From NCBI GenBank assembly GCA_963758495.1, contig CAVWVI010000003.1:1485440-1549439 (forward strand): 64,000 nucleotides of DNA, in the 5' to 3' direction. This DNA comes from Oligoflexia bacterium (GTDB taxonomy: Bacteria; Bdellovibrionota; UBA1018). Below, in pieces: positions 1 through 10,723 of this stretch. The stretch's first letter is position 1. Every line of letters starts with the position of its first letter. Both the position numbers and the translations under genes were made by a program. The notes below the pieces were generated by a model. That model ran no database searches. It saw only the letters and a program-made list of their open reading frames with translations, and was not told the origin of the DNA.

Positions 1-1
1 T

Positions 2-1553
2 GAGGTTGTTTACAATCTCTTTTCTCATCTTCATCGAGCTAGAATTCGGATAAAAGTGCGAGTACCCGAAGGTGAAGAAGTTCCTACCGTTACTCCTGTT
101 TGGAAAGGTGCGGACTGGGCAGAGCGAGAAGTTTACGACATGTTTGGTGTTAAGTTTACTGGTCACCCCGATCTTCGCAGAATCCTCATGGATTCTCGTT
201 GGGTAGGACATCCGTTGCGTAAGGATTACCCTTTAAGAGGATACCAAATCTTTACAGATGCAGAACCCATTGATCCAACCTTTTGGAGTGAGAAGGAATC
301 CATGATTGAAAGAATTGAAGCTCAGCCAAAGAAATTTGATTTGCCCGATAGCTATCAGGTCGAGCATGATCCAGACGATCTATGGGGCGATTCACGTTTT
401 ATAGTGAATATTGGCCCGACTCACCCTGCGATGCACGGCGCATTAAGAATGGTAGCGAAGCTCAATGGAGAAACTATCGAAAAATCTTACTGTGAATTTG
501 GTTTTACCCATCGGGCTAAAGAGAAGTTGGGTGAAAATCGAACTTTTCACAATTTCATCGTTTATACTGATCGACTTAATTATTGCTCAGCTCTTCTGAA
601 TAATGTGGTTTACGCCATGTCAGTTGAGCGATTGATGGGCGTAGAAGTTCCTGATCGTTGTATTTGGATTCGGATGATTTGTTGTGAGCTAGCACGAGTC
701 ATTGATCATCTGATCTGTATTGGAATTAATGCAGTTGACCTAGGGGCTTTTTCCTTCTTTCTTTATGGATTTCATCAAAGAGAAGAAGCGTATACTTTGA
801 TTGAAAAGCTGTGCGGAGCTCGTCTGACAACCTCTTATACTCGTATTGGGGGGTTGATGGCGGATGCTCCTGAGGGCTTTGAAAAAGAGCTGAAAGTCTG
901 GATTACCAAAACCAGAAAAGTAATCGATGAGATGGATGAGCTTCTGACCAATAATAAGATTTGGCGTAAGCGAACGGTAGGTGTGTCGGTATTTAATAAG
1001 GAAAATTGTCTTCAGTTATAGCTATTCAGGTCCGAATGCGCGGGCAGCGGGGATTGATTTGGATCTTCGCAGGGACCAACCTTGCATGTTCTATAAGGAT
1101 GTCGAGTTTGATGTTCCTGTGACTCAAAATGGGGATGTTTATGATCGATATATGATTCGGTTGGCAGAGATTAGACAATCCTTAAATATTTTAAGTCAAT
1201 GCGCTGATCGCATTAAAAAGGGCCCTATTTGGTCAGAAGATAAAAGAGTTCGAATTCCAGATAAAGACGTTGTTCATAATACAATGGAAGGAATGATTCA
1301 TCATTTTAAATTCTTTATGACTGGTTTTGAAGTTCCTGAAGGTGAAGCCTATACTCAGTTTGAAGCTGCTAATGGGGAGTTGGGATTTTACATTGTGAGT
1401 AAAGGTTCGCCTCGTGCCCATCGGATGAGGATTCGGGGACCGTCGGTTTGGCATTATCAAGGTCTTTCGACGATGGTTCAAGGAGAGAAGATCGCAGATA
1501 TGGTTGCCGGGCTTGGAAGTATCAATGTAATTGCCGGTGAGCTCGATCGCTAA
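2..1553 (+). CDS. nuoCD: NADH-quinone oxidoreductase subunit C/D fusion. It is 5' partial and has one internal frame break.
   Basis: The frame is open from the window edge ([19 protein letters not shown]). NuoC motifs ([23 protein letters not shown]) run without a stop into NuoD motifs ([21 protein letters not shown]). The frame switches +1 near the A-run at 1002-1005 and continues [11 protein letters not shown]...GELDR. The ORF-track pieces are 56-1021 and 981-1553. Confidence 0.9.
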
Positions 1554-1562
1554 AAAGAGGCT

Positions 1563-2048
1563 ATGTTAAAGATGGAAACCAAAATTCTTTCGAAAAAATT
1601 CTATGACCAGATGGCAAAATTGGAGCCACGCTATCCAACAAAAGTAGCGCTTCTTTTGCCCGCTCTCCATGCGGCTCAAGATGAATTCGGCTGGCTTCCG
1701 CCAGAGGTGATGGATGAAGTCGCTCGTTATATTGGAATTCACCCGGCGCAAGTTCGAGAAGTCGCTAGTTTTTATACAATGTATAATTTAAAAAGTGTGG
1801 GTAAATATCACTTAAAATTTTGTACAAATGTTGCCTGCTGCCTCAGAGGTTCTGATGAACTTTTGGAGCATTGCGAGAAAAAATTCGGAATTAAATGTGG
1901 TGAAACTACCAAAGATAAGAAATTCACACTGATGGAAGAAGAATGTTTGGGCGCTTGTGGTACGGCGCCTGCGATGATGCTCAATAATGACTATCATGAA
2001 AAACTAAACATTCAGACCCTTGATCAGCTGCTAAATAGCTTGGAGTAA
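1563..2048 (+). CDS. nuoE: NADH-quinone oxidoreductase subunit E
   Basis: It has the PALHAAQDEFGWLP motif and a thioredoxin-like 2Fe-2S cysteine pattern (CTNVACC...EEECLGACGTAP). Its position in the nuo operon fits. Confidence 0.93.
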   Translation: MLKMETKILSKKFYDQMAKLEPRYPTKVALLLPALHAAQDEFGWLPPEVMDEVARYIGIHPAQVREVASFYTMYNLKSVGKYHLKFCTNVACCLRGSDELLEHCEKKFGIKCGETTKDKKFTLMEEECLGACGTAPAMMLNNDYHEKLNIQTLDQLLNSLE

Positions 2049-2051
2049 TTT

Positions 2052-3330
2052 ATGGTGGATGATTTTGATACTCTTTATATCCAGCATTTCAATGAGGAAG
2101 CACGCCCTCTTAATTATTATTTGAAGAGCATGGCGGGTTATACGGCCTCTAAAAAAGCTCTGGGTATGCCTCAAGACGAAATCATTGCAGAAGTGAAGAA
2201 ATCCAATTTGCGAGGCCGAGGAGGCGCTGGGTTTCCAACGGGGATGAAGTGGGGATTCATTCCAAAGCAATCGAGTAAGCCAAAGTATTTGGTTTGCAAT
2301 GCAGATGAATCGGAACCGGGTACTTTTAAAGATCGTGATATTATGAGGTACACCCCTCACCTTTTAATTGAGGGGATGATTATTGGTGCCCATGCTATTG
2401 GCGCAAATGTGGGCTATATTTATATTCGTGGTGAATATACTCGCGAAGCAAAACTTTTAGATCAAGCTATTGATGAAGCCTATCTGAATGGGTATTTAGG
2501 TAAGAATATTCAAGGCTCAGGGTTTCACTTTGATCTCACCGTGCATCGTGGGGCGGGTGCTTATATTTGTGGTGAAGAAACTGGCATTATTGAACTCACT
2601 CGAAGGAAAGCGAGGAGAGCCTCGCGTGAAGCCACCTTTTCCTGCGCAGGCAGGAGCATTTGGTGGACCCACGATCGTGAATAATGTGGAAACTTTAGCA
2701 GCAATCCCATTTATTATGAATCGCGGAGGCGAGTGGTTTTCAAAATTAGGTAAGCTCGAAAAATCAGGTGGAACTCGCCTTTTTTGTGTCTCTGGACATG
2801 TGAAAAAGCCGGGCGTTTATGAATTGCCTGCAGGAAGTGTCACTCTGAGGCAACTGATTTATGATTACTGTCATGGAATCTTAGATGATAAAAAACTTAA
2901 AGCGGTGATTCCTGGAGGATCTTCGGCTCCTGTCCTGACAGCGGATGAGATTGACGTCATAGTAGACATTGAACCGCTGATGAAGATCGGAACCATGTTG
3001 GGTTCAGCCGGAATTATGGTTGTAAGTGAAGACTATTGTGTCGTTAAACTCATTAAAAGAATCACCAAGTTTTATGCTCATGAGTCCTGTGGGCAATGCA
3101 CGCCCTGTCGAGAAGGCTGTAGATGGATGGAAGATATATTAGAGAGAATTGAACACGGCAAAGGGCGCGAGCAAGATTTGGCTCTGCTTTTGGAGATTGC
3201 AGATAATATTAATGGCAAAACTCTTTGTGCATTGGGAGATGCGGCAGCAGGTCCAGTAACAAGCTTTGTTAAGAAATTTCGAGCAGATTTTGAAGCTCAT
3301 ATTCGAGGTGGAAAATGCCCAAATGCGTGA
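2052..3330 (+). CDS. nuoF: NADH-quinone oxidoreductase subunit F, with one internal frame break
   Basis: Motifs [10 protein letters not shown] and [11 protein letters not shown] are followed, after a +1 shift near 2583-2584, by [19 protein letters not shown] and the 4Fe-4S motif [12 protein letters not shown]. The ORF-track pieces are 2052-2684 and 2530-3330. Confidence 0.9.
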
Positions 3331-4736
3331 TTGATGGACGTGAAGTAGAGTTTACGCCAGGACAAAATATCATTGAGGTCGCAAAGAAGGCTGGAGTATC
3401 CATTCCTTACTTTTGTTATCACCCAGGGCTTTCTGTAGTTGCTCAGTGTCGGATGTGCGCGGTTGAAGTGGAGAAAATGCCTAAGCTTCAGACAGCATGT
3501 TCCACTGTAGCCACCGAAGGAATGGTGATTAAAACGACCTCTCCTCGGTCTCTCCAAAATCAAAAATCAACCATGGAATTCTTACTCATTAATCATCCCT
3601 TGGATTGTCCTATCTGCGATAAGTCCGGGGAATGTGATCTCCAAGATTTCTCATTTCAGTATGGTGATTCTTATTCCCGTTATACTGAAGAGCGACGCAC
3701 TTACATGGACTTAGATATGGGTCCGGTAATTAAAAAGAATATGAATCGCTGTATTCATTGTACACGATGTATTCGGTTTGGTGAAGAAGTTGCTGGTATT
3801 CATGAAATGGTGGCTGTGAAGCGAGGTAACAATACTGAGATTACCACCATAGATGGTAGGGCATTGGAAACAGATTACGCAGGTAATTATGCAGATATTT
3901 GTCCAACCGGTTCTTTAACTTTAAATGATTTCAGATTTAAAAAGCGAGTTTGGTATCTTAAAAAGACGCCCACAGTGTGTGAGGGCTGCTCCAAGGGCTG
4001 TAATATGGATATTCATCAGGATGCCGACCTGATTCACCGCTGTACTCCACGTGAAAATATGGAGATTAATAAATATTGGATGTGTGATGAAGGACGGATG
4101 AACTTTCATTACGTGAATAATAAAGAGCGCGTGATCGAACCTTCTGTTGGAAAAGAGTTAAATTTAAGTGCTTCAGATTGGGGAGCTTCAATTGACTTTG
4201 TGAAGCATGCCGTTGCAGGAAAAAAAGTCACCGTATTAGTGGGATCCGATCTGACTCAAGAAGAGGGAGCTCTTTTGCTTCAGTTCCTGCCAAAGCATCT
4301 GCCTCATTCTTCAATGTATCATTTTGGAACTCCGGGGGTTGTTTTCGCTGAGGATGATGCTGCAGCAGATAAGATATTAAAAAGAAAAAGCAAGACCTCC
4401 AATCTTCATGGTTTTGAAAAACTAGGCATTAAAGGTTTTGAAAAAATGCCAACAGATACAGATGTCGTCTTGGTGATTCGGGGCGGGCGTGCTGTAGTCC
4501 CTGATCTCAATGGTCTTAAAGCAATTGGATTAGGTGTATTTATGAGGTCAGATGTGGAGCGCTTTTTAGCGATTTTACCTGGAACCTCATTTGCTGAAAA
4601 AGACGGAACGGTTTTGAATTACGAAGGACGCGAGCAGAAAATCCGACGGGCTATTCTCCCACCTGGAGCGTGTAAACCGCTATCCGAAATTTTAATGATG
4701 TGGGCAAATCGCAAGACTTCGTCTGGAGCAGCTTAA
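3315..4736 (+). CDS. nuoG: NADH-quinone oxidoreductase subunit G (short form, 473 aa)
   Basis: It carries the 2Fe-2S motif CYHPGLSVVAQCRMC, then HPLDCPICDKSGECDLQ, CIHCTRCIRF, CPTGSL and CEGCSKGC. It overlaps the nuoF stop. Confidence 0.85.
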   Translation: MPKCVIDGREVEFTPGQNIIEVAKKAGVSIPYFCYHPGLSVVAQCRMCAVEVEKMPKLQTACSTVATEGMVIKTTSPRSLQNQKSTMEFLLINHPLDCPICDKSGECDLQDFSFQYGDSYSRYTEERRTYMDLDMGPVIKKNMNRCIHCTRCIRFGEEVAGIHEMVAVKRGNNTEITTIDGRALETDYAGNYADICPTGSLTLNDFRFKKRVWYLKKTPTVCEGCSKGCNMDIHQDADLIHRCTPRENMEINKYWMCDEGRMNFHYVNNKERVIEPSVGKELNLSASDWGASIDFVKHAVAGKKVTVLVGSDLTQEEGALLLQFLPKHLPHSSMYHFGTPGVVFAEDDAAADKILKRKSKTSNLHGFEKLGIKGFEKMPTDTDVVLVIRGGRAVVPDLNGLKAIGLGVFMRSDVERFLAILPGTSFAEKDGTVLNYEGREQKIRRAILPPGACKPLSEILMMWANRKTSSGAA

Positions 4737-4739
4737 CCT

Positions 4740-5855
4740 ATGGATACTTTTAGCTGGATTGCATTAGGAGCGAAAGCTGGGTTTTTGGTATTAGTTCTTC
4801 TTCAAGTTGTGCCGATTATGGCTTGGGTAGAGCGTCGAGGTTCTGCGCTTTTGCAAAACCGTCTAGGTCCCAACCGGGTAGGGCCGTTAGGAATCATTCA
4901 ATCTCTTGCAGATGCAATTAAATTTATTTGGAAGGAAGATCCAGTCCCCGGTCATGTTACGCCCTTTTATTATATTATTGCGCCGCTGGTTTCTCTCATC
5001 CCCGCTTTTATGACCTTTGCGGTGATCCCATTCGCAAGTTCTATTACGATAGAGGGTCGTGTTGTAAATTTTCAAGTGGCGGAACTGAATGTTGGATTAT
5101 TATACGTATTTTCGATCGCCTCCCTGGGTGTTTACGGAATTATCATGGCGGGTTGGGCATCCAATAGTAAGTACACGATGTTGGGAAGTCTTCGCAGTGC
5201 CTCGCAAATGATTAGTTATGAATTATCAATGGGACTCTCTGTAGTGGGTCTTATCATGGCGTTCTCGAGTATCAAATTGGGAGATATCGTTCGACAGCAA
5301 GGTGAACTTCTGACTTCCTTAGGGCCCATTCCGATTTCATCTGCATTGCAAATTCCTAAATGGGGAATTTTTATTCAGCCGCTTGGGTTTTTAATTTTTC
5401 TGGTTTCTGTATTTGCTGAAACCAACCGATTGCCCTTTGACTTGCCTGAAGGTGAATCGGAAATTGTGGCAGGATATCATCTTGAGTACGGCTCAATGAA
5501 ATTCGCCATGTTCATGATGGCGGAATACATCAATATGATGACCGCTTCAGGTCTTCTCGCTACCTTGTTTTTTGGGGGTTGGCAGCTGCTTCCTGGAATG
5601 GGCTTGATGCTTCATGGGGTTCAGGGGTTTTTTCAACAAACAGAGATGGCAGCAGAGTGGACCCGAGTTATTTTTGAAATGATTTCATTCTGGCTTAAAG
5701 TCGGCTTTTTCATGTGGTTCTTTGTTTGGGTACGTTGGACCTTGCCTCGCTTCAGGTATGATCAGCTGATGGATTTGGGATGGAAAGTGATGCTTCCACT
5801 TGCTTTGGCTAATGTGGTGGGCACAGGTATTTTTGTTTATTATGGGTGGATTTAA
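4740..5855 (+). CDS. nuoH: NADH-quinone oxidoreductase subunit H
   Basis: Motifs ERRGSALLQNRLGPNRVGPLG, LADAIKF and AETNRLPFDLPEGESEIVAGYHLEY are present. The protein is polytopic. Confidence 0.95.
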   Translation: MDTFSWIALGAKAGFLVLVLLQVVPIMAWVERRGSALLQNRLGPNRVGPLGIIQSLADAIKFIWKEDPVPGHVTPFYYIIAPLVSLIPAFMTFAVIPFASSITIEGRVVNFQVAELNVGLLYVFSIASLGVYGIIMAGWASNSKYTMLGSLRSASQMISYELSMGLSVVGLIMAFSSIKLGDIVRQQGELLTSLGPIPISSALQIPKWGIFIQPLGFLIFLVSVFAETNRLPFDLPEGESEIVAGYHLEYGSMKFAMFMMAEYINMMTASGLLATLFFGGWQLLPGMGLMLHGVQGFFQQTEMAAEWTRVIFEMISFWLKVGFFMWFFVWVRWTLPRFRYDQLMDLGWKVMLPLALANVVGTGIFVYYGWI

Positions 5856-5858
5856 TTT

Positions 5859-6302
5859 ATGCTATTGAAAAAGAAAAAAGGGGTTTTGCAGGAGCTTTAC
5901 CTTTTAGAGATTATAAAAGGGCTCTGGATTACAATTAAAAACTTTTTCTTTGCGCCTAAGGTAACGATTCAATTCCCAGAAGAGCGTAGAGTTTATTCGG
6001 AGCGGTTTCGGGGTGCTCATTATATCAAAGCGACCAATGGCGTAGAGAATTGTACCGCTTGTATGCTTTGTCCTACGGTTTGCCCTGCCGAATGTATTCA
6101 TATTGAAGCTGGGGAGCGACCTGATAAGGAAAAATACCCTGTGAAATTTGAAATAGATTTACTCCGGTGTTGCTTTTGCGGGATGTGCGAAGAGGCTTGT
6201 CCAAAGGATGCAATTAAATTGAGTACCATTTATGAAATGAGCACCACTACTCGTGAAGTTTATGACAAAGAATTTTTACTCGAACAAAGGGGTGGTAAAT
6301 AA
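5859..6302 (+). CDS. nuoI: NADH-quinone oxidoreductase subunit I
   Basis: It has two 4Fe-4S ferredoxin motifs, CTACMLCPTVCP and CCFCGMCEEACP. Confidence 0.95.
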   Translation: MLLKKKKGVLQELYLLEIIKGLWITIKNFFFAPKVTIQFPEERRVYSERFRGAHYIKATNGVENCTACMLCPTVCPAECIHIEAGERPDKEKYPVKFEIDLLRCCFCGMCEEACPKDAIKLSTIYEMSTTTREVYDKEFLLEQRGGK

Positions 6303-6838
6303 TGGATATATCCCCGGTCTTTTTTTATGGGTTTGCTGGACTTGCTCTAGCTTGTTCTATGCTTGTGATCTTGAAAAAGAATCCTGTTTCGAGTGCATTT
6401 AGTTTAGTGATGGTATTCTTCGCATTTGCGGGAATTTATGCAATGCTGGACGCCCATTTGATTGCTGCATTACAGATCTTTGTTTATGCAGGTGCGATCA
6501 TGGTTCTTTTTATTTTCGTGATTATGTTGCTCAATGCTGATGTTCCTTCTTTCGACCTTGGCAGGTCACATATTTTAGTTCGCCTCTTATCCGGATTCCT
6601 GTGTGCGGCATTATTGGGAGTCTTTATTTGGGCTTTTAAAGAGAGTCATATGGGTGCTCCTATCGGAGAGTTCACTCCAGAAAATATTGAAGCGGCAGGT
6701 GGCAATTCGCAAGTGATCTCCGAGCTGATGTTCTCCGAATATATCTTGCCGTTTGAGCTGACGTCGGTACTTTTGTTGGCGGCAATAGTTGGGGCAGTTG
6801 CTATTGCCAAGAGAAAACTCTCCAGTGTGAGGTCTTAG
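6302..6838 (+). CDS. nuoJ: NADH-quinone oxidoreductase subunit J
   Basis: It is a hydrophobic protein of about 5 TM segments. It sits between nuoI and nuoK, and its start overlaps the nuoI stop (TAATG). Confidence 0.85.
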   Translation: MDISPVFFYGFAGLALACSMLVILKKNPVSSAFSLVMVFFAFAGIYAMLDAHLIAALQIFVYAGAIMVLFIFVIMLLNADVPSFDLGRSHILVRLLSGFLCAALLGVFIWAFKESHMGAPIGEFTPENIEAAGGNSQVISELMFSEYILPFELTSVLLLAAIVGAVAIAKRKLSSVRS

Positions 6839-7147
6839 ATGATGCAAGTTGAACCGTGGGTTGTTTTATCCTTTTGTGCTGCTATCTTTTTTATCGGATT
6901 TACGGGTGTGCTCATTCGTAGAAATATTCTGGTAATTTTGATGAGTATCGAATTGATGCTGAACGCAGTGAATCTTACCTTTGTTACTTTTTCTAAGCAA
7001 TTGCACCACATGGGTGGGCAAATGTCAGTTTTTTTCATTATCACTGTAGCTGCTGCTGAGTCAGCTGTGGGTCTGGGGTTGGTCATCGCGATGTTTCGAA
7101 CATTGCGAAGTGTAGACACGGACGAAATTCAGTTATTAAGGGAGTAA
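6839..7147 (+). CDS. nuoK: NADH-quinone oxidoreductase subunit K
   Basis: It is a 3-TM protein of about 100 aa containing MSIELMLNAVNL and AAAESAVGLGLVIA. Confidence 0.9.
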   Translation: MMQVEPWVVLSFCAAIFFIGFTGVLIRRNILVILMSIELMLNAVNLTFVTFSKQLHHMGGQMSVFFIITVAAAESAVGLGLVIAMFRTLRSVDTDEIQLLRE

Positions 7148-7150
7148 CTT

Positions 7151-9157
7151 ATGTTGGCCCTGATCCCCGTATTTCCGCTTTTGGGTTTTTTGGTGAATGG
7201 TCTTTGGTATGCATTTGGGCAAGCCCCTGCTGGCAAGAAAAAGGCAAGCGCCCAGGTGACTGGATGGATAGCGACAGTATTTATCTTTCTGTCGTTTATT
7301 GTATCTTTGATGTTCTTTCTGAAGCTCTTTGGCTTGGAAGGCGAACATCGAGTTTTTGAAGAAGTGATCTACCCATGGATGACAGTGGGTCCGCTTCATC
7401 TGGATATGGCGTTTCGAGTCGATTCTCTTTCAACGCTTTTCACCTTGGTCATTACGGGTGTCGGGACTTTGATTCATATTTATTCTATCGGATATATGTC
7501 TCATGATGAGTCACCTGGAAAATTTTTCGCATATTTAAATCTATTTTGTTTTGCAATGCTGATGCTTGTTTTAGGTGCATCCTTGCCTATTTTATTTTTA
7601 GGTTGGGAAGGCGTAGGGCTTTGCAGTTACTTGCTGATTGGCTTTTGGTATGCCGATGAAGAGAAGGCTAAAGCAGGAAAGAAAGCATTCATTGTAAATC
7701 GTATTGGAGATTTTGGTTTTTTATTAGGAATGTTCATTATCTTTTCCGTATTTGGGACTCTAGATTTTGAGGCACTGCGTATCGCGGTGACGCATTTAGG
7801 GGAAAATTCTGCTTTAGTGAGTAATGGAGTGATCACCACTATTTGTCTTATGCTCTTTGTTGGATGTATGGGGAAGTCTGCCCAAATTCCACTCTATGTC
7901 TGGTTGCCCGATGCAATGGCGGGGCCCACTCCTGTTTCAGCATTGATCCATGCGGCGACTATGGTGACATCTGGAATTTACATGGTTTCAAGACTGAACT
8001 TTCTCTACAGTCTTTCACCTACTGCGCTGAGCGTTGTAGCGAGTGTGGGAGCTTTTACCGCTTTTTTTGCGGCGACAATCGCGTTGGTACAAAAAGATAT
8101 TAAAAAGGTTTTAGCTTATTCCACAGTTTCGCAACTCGGTTACATGTTTTTGGGATGTGGTGTAGGTGCCTATTCAGCAGGAGTATTCCACGTGATTACC
8201 CATGCCTTCTTCAAAGCACTTCTGTTTTTAGGTGCGGGCAGTGTGATTCATGGAATGAGTGGAGAACAAGACATTTGGAAAATGGGCGGGTTGAAATCAA
8301 AAATGCCGAAGACCTTTCTAACCTTTGCATTAGGATGGTTGGCTATTTGTGGAATTCCTCCCTTCTCCGGATTTTTTTCCAAAGATGAAATTTTATGGCA
8401 AGCCTTTAGTTCACCGCAGGGTTCTACCTTCTTGTGGATTATGGGTATGCTCACGGCTGTTATGACAGCATTTTACATGACTCGATTATTTTATCTGACG
8501 TTTTTAGGTGCTCCTCGGTTTAAATCCGAAGAAAGCCATGACTCTCATCACAGTCATCAAAATCATCACCAGGGTACTGCGAGTGATCATACTAAAGAAC
8601 ACGCCATACATGTGCACGAGTCTCCTTCAGTGATTACCATACCTCTCCAGATTTTAGCTGTTTGCAGCGCGATTGCTGGTTTTATAGGTATGCCTCATTT
8701 GAATTGGCTTGAACATTGGCTAGAGCCGGTAATTCCAGTTCATGAAGGGATGGGCTCTGTGGTGCCTCCCCATATGGAGTGGGCACTCATGGCCCTGAGT
8801 GTGGTGGGTGCGGCTTTTGGTATTGGCGTGGCATTTTTCAGTTATGGTAATTTGAAACAAATTCAGGCCAATGCAAAACGGTTTAGTTTATTACATCGGT
8901 TATTAGAAAATAAATGGTATGTCGATGAGATTTACGAAGCTCTCCTAGTTCGTCCGATTCACAGACTCTCACAGGCACTCTGGAAAGGGTTTGATGTCGC
9001 CTTTATTGATCGAATAGTCTTAGGAGTCGGTATGATTTCTGAGCGGACTGGACGAACAGTACGCCTCATTCAAACGGGTTCGATTCAAATTTATGCAGTG
9101 ATGCTTCTTATTGGGCTTGTTGCGACAGCGGGGTATTTAGTTTATGGCTGGACTTGA
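7151..9157 (+). CDS. nuoL: NADH-quinone oxidoreductase subunit L
   Basis: Motifs WEGVGLCSYLLIGFW and GKSAQIPLYVWLPDAMAGPTPVSALIHAATMV are present. It also carries a His-rich insert, SHDSHHSHQNHHQGTASDHTKEH. Confidence 0.93.
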   Translation: MLALIPVFPLLGFLVNGLWYAFGQAPAGKKKASAQVTGWIATVFIFLSFIVSLMFFLKLFGLEGEHRVFEEVIYPWMTVGPLHLDMAFRVDSLSTLFTLVITGVGTLIHIYSIGYMSHDESPGKFFAYLNLFCFAMLMLVLGASLPILFLGWEGVGLCSYLLIGFWYADEEKAKAGKKAFIVNRIGDFGFLLGMFIIFSVFGTLDFEALRIAVTHLGENSALVSNGVITTICLMLFVGCMGKSAQIPLYVWLPDAMAGPTPVSALIHAATMVTSGIYMVSRLNFLYSLSPTALSVVASVGAFTAFFAATIALVQKDIKKVLAYSTVSQLGYMFLGCGVGAYSAGVFHVITHAFFKALLFLGAGSVIHGMSGEQDIWKMGGLKSKMPKTFLTFALGWLAICGIPPFSGFFSKDEILWQAFSSPQGSTFLWIMGMLTAVMTAFYMTRLFYLTFLGAPRFKSEESHDSHHSHQNHHQGTASDHTKEHAIHVHESPSVITIPLQILAVCSAIAGFIGMPHLNWLEHWLEPVIPVHEGMGSVVPPHMEWALMALSVVGAAFGIGVAFFSYGNLKQIQANAKRFSLLHRLLENKWYVDEIYEALLVRPIHRLSQALWKGFDVAFIDRIVLGVGMISERTGRTVRLIQTGSIQIYAVMLLIGLVATAGYLVYGWT

Positions 9158-10721
9158 AAAATATTTGCTCACTTTTACAGTTTTTTTACCTCTTCTATGG
9201 GCATTTGTAGGCTTTCTTATTTTTCCGAATGAGAAGAAGGGTAAAGCCGCACTCCCCATTTGGAGTTTATTAGGATCATTGGCTACATTTGTTTTGTCTT
9301 TGATGCTTTATTTACAATTTAATTCGGCAGGTCCAGATTTTCAGTTTCTCGAAAAAGTAGATTGGCTGCCGGTGCTCGGAATTAGCTACTCGGTAGGGAT
9401 TGATGGCATTAGTCTTTGGCTAATCCTCTTAACAACCTTTTTGATGCCAGTTGCGATTCTTTGCTCCTTTCGTGCTGTTGAAAATAGAGTCAAAGAATAC
9501 TATTTTCTTCTCCTTGCCCTTGAGACCGCAATGTTAGGTGCATTTGTCGCAATTGATATGTTTCTATTTTATGTTTTTTGGGAAGCAATGCTCATCCCTA
9601 TGTATTTCCTCATCGGAATTTGGGGTGGAAAAGAACGCATTTATGCTGCAACGAAGTTTTTTCTTTATACTTTGGTAGGCTCCCTCTTGATGTTAGTGGC
9701 GATTTTCTTTCTTGCTTACCAGCATAAAGTGCAAATGGGGACTTATTCCACGGCTCTCTTAGATCTTTATCAGGTCAAAATAGCAAGCGGTGGATTATGG
9801 AGTCCTCAAAATCTCCTGTTTCTCGCATTTGCGTTAGCATTTGCAATCAAAGTCCCTCTCTTTCCATTGCACACTTGGCTACCTGACGCACACGTGCAAG
9901 CTCCTACAGCCGGCAGTGTAATATTAGCAGCTGTATTATTGAAAATGGGTGGATACGGATTCATGCGTTTTAGCTTCCCTCTTTTTCCCCAAGCAGTAGC
10001 GTACTTTCAATATCCATTTATGATTTTAGGCGCGATTGCTATTATTTATGGCGCATGGGTCGCGATGGTACAGCCGGATATTAAGAAACTCGTGGCCTAC
10101 TCGTCAGTGAGTCATATGGGGTATGTCATTCTTGGATTATTTTCACTCAATGAAGTCGCTGTTACGGGATCTGTTTACCAAATGCTCAATCATGGGATCT
10201 CTACCGGGGCTCTCTTTCTTTTAGTCGGAATGATTTACGAGAGGCGGCACACAAGAGATATCGCTGCGTTTGGGGGTATAACAAAAGTTATGCCTTTGTT
10301 TGCTGTGGCGTTTATGATTGTGACCCTTTCCTCTGTGGGACTTCCTGGCACAAATGGATTTGTGGGAGAATTTTTGATTCTTCTAGGTACATGGAAAGTA
10401 AATCCGGCTCTGACCGCTCTTGGTGCTTTGGGTGTCATCTTTGGTGCCGTTTATATGTTGTGGATGTATCAGCGAGTGATGTTTGGGCCAATTAAGCATT
10501 CGGAAAATGAAAAATTAACGGATCTTTCTTTGAGAGAAATGATTGTACTAGCCCCTCTTTTGTTGGCGATTTTTGTAATGGGGATTTTTCCAAATTTCTT
10601 TTTTGAAAAAATGGAACCCTCCATTCAGAGATTTTTGACTCGGAGTTCAATTGGCTTAGTGACGCAATCAGAAAAAAGTGTGATTCCAACTGCGGAGATC
10701 GCTCTTATTAGAGGAAATTAA
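9144..10721 (+). CDS. nuoM: NADH-quinone oxidoreductase subunit M
   Basis: Motifs FWEAMLIPMYFLIGIWGG and HTWLPDAHVQAPTAGSVILA are present. It overlaps the nuoL end. Confidence 0.93.
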   Translation: MAGLEKYLLTFTVFLPLLWAFVGFLIFPNEKKGKAALPIWSLLGSLATFVLSLMLYLQFNSAGPDFQFLEKVDWLPVLGISYSVGIDGISLWLILLTTFLMPVAILCSFRAVENRVKEYYFLLLALETAMLGAFVAIDMFLFYVFWEAMLIPMYFLIGIWGGKERIYAATKFFLYTLVGSLLMLVAIFFLAYQHKVQMGTYSTALLDLYQVKIASGGLWSPQNLLFLAFALAFAIKVPLFPLHTWLPDAHVQAPTAGSVILAAVLLKMGGYGFMRFSFPLFPQAVAYFQYPFMILGAIAIIYGAWVAMVQPDIKKLVAYSSVSHMGYVILGLFSLNEVAVTGSVYQMLNHGISTGALFLLVGMIYERRHTRDIAAFGGITKVMPLFAVAFMIVTLSSVGLPGTNGFVGEFLILLGTWKVNPALTALGALGVIFGAVYMLWMYQRVMFGPIKHSENEKLTDLSLREMIVLAPLLLAIFVMGIFPNFFFEKMEPSIQRFLTRSSIGLVTQSEKSVIPTAEIALIRGN

Positions 10722-10723
10722 AA

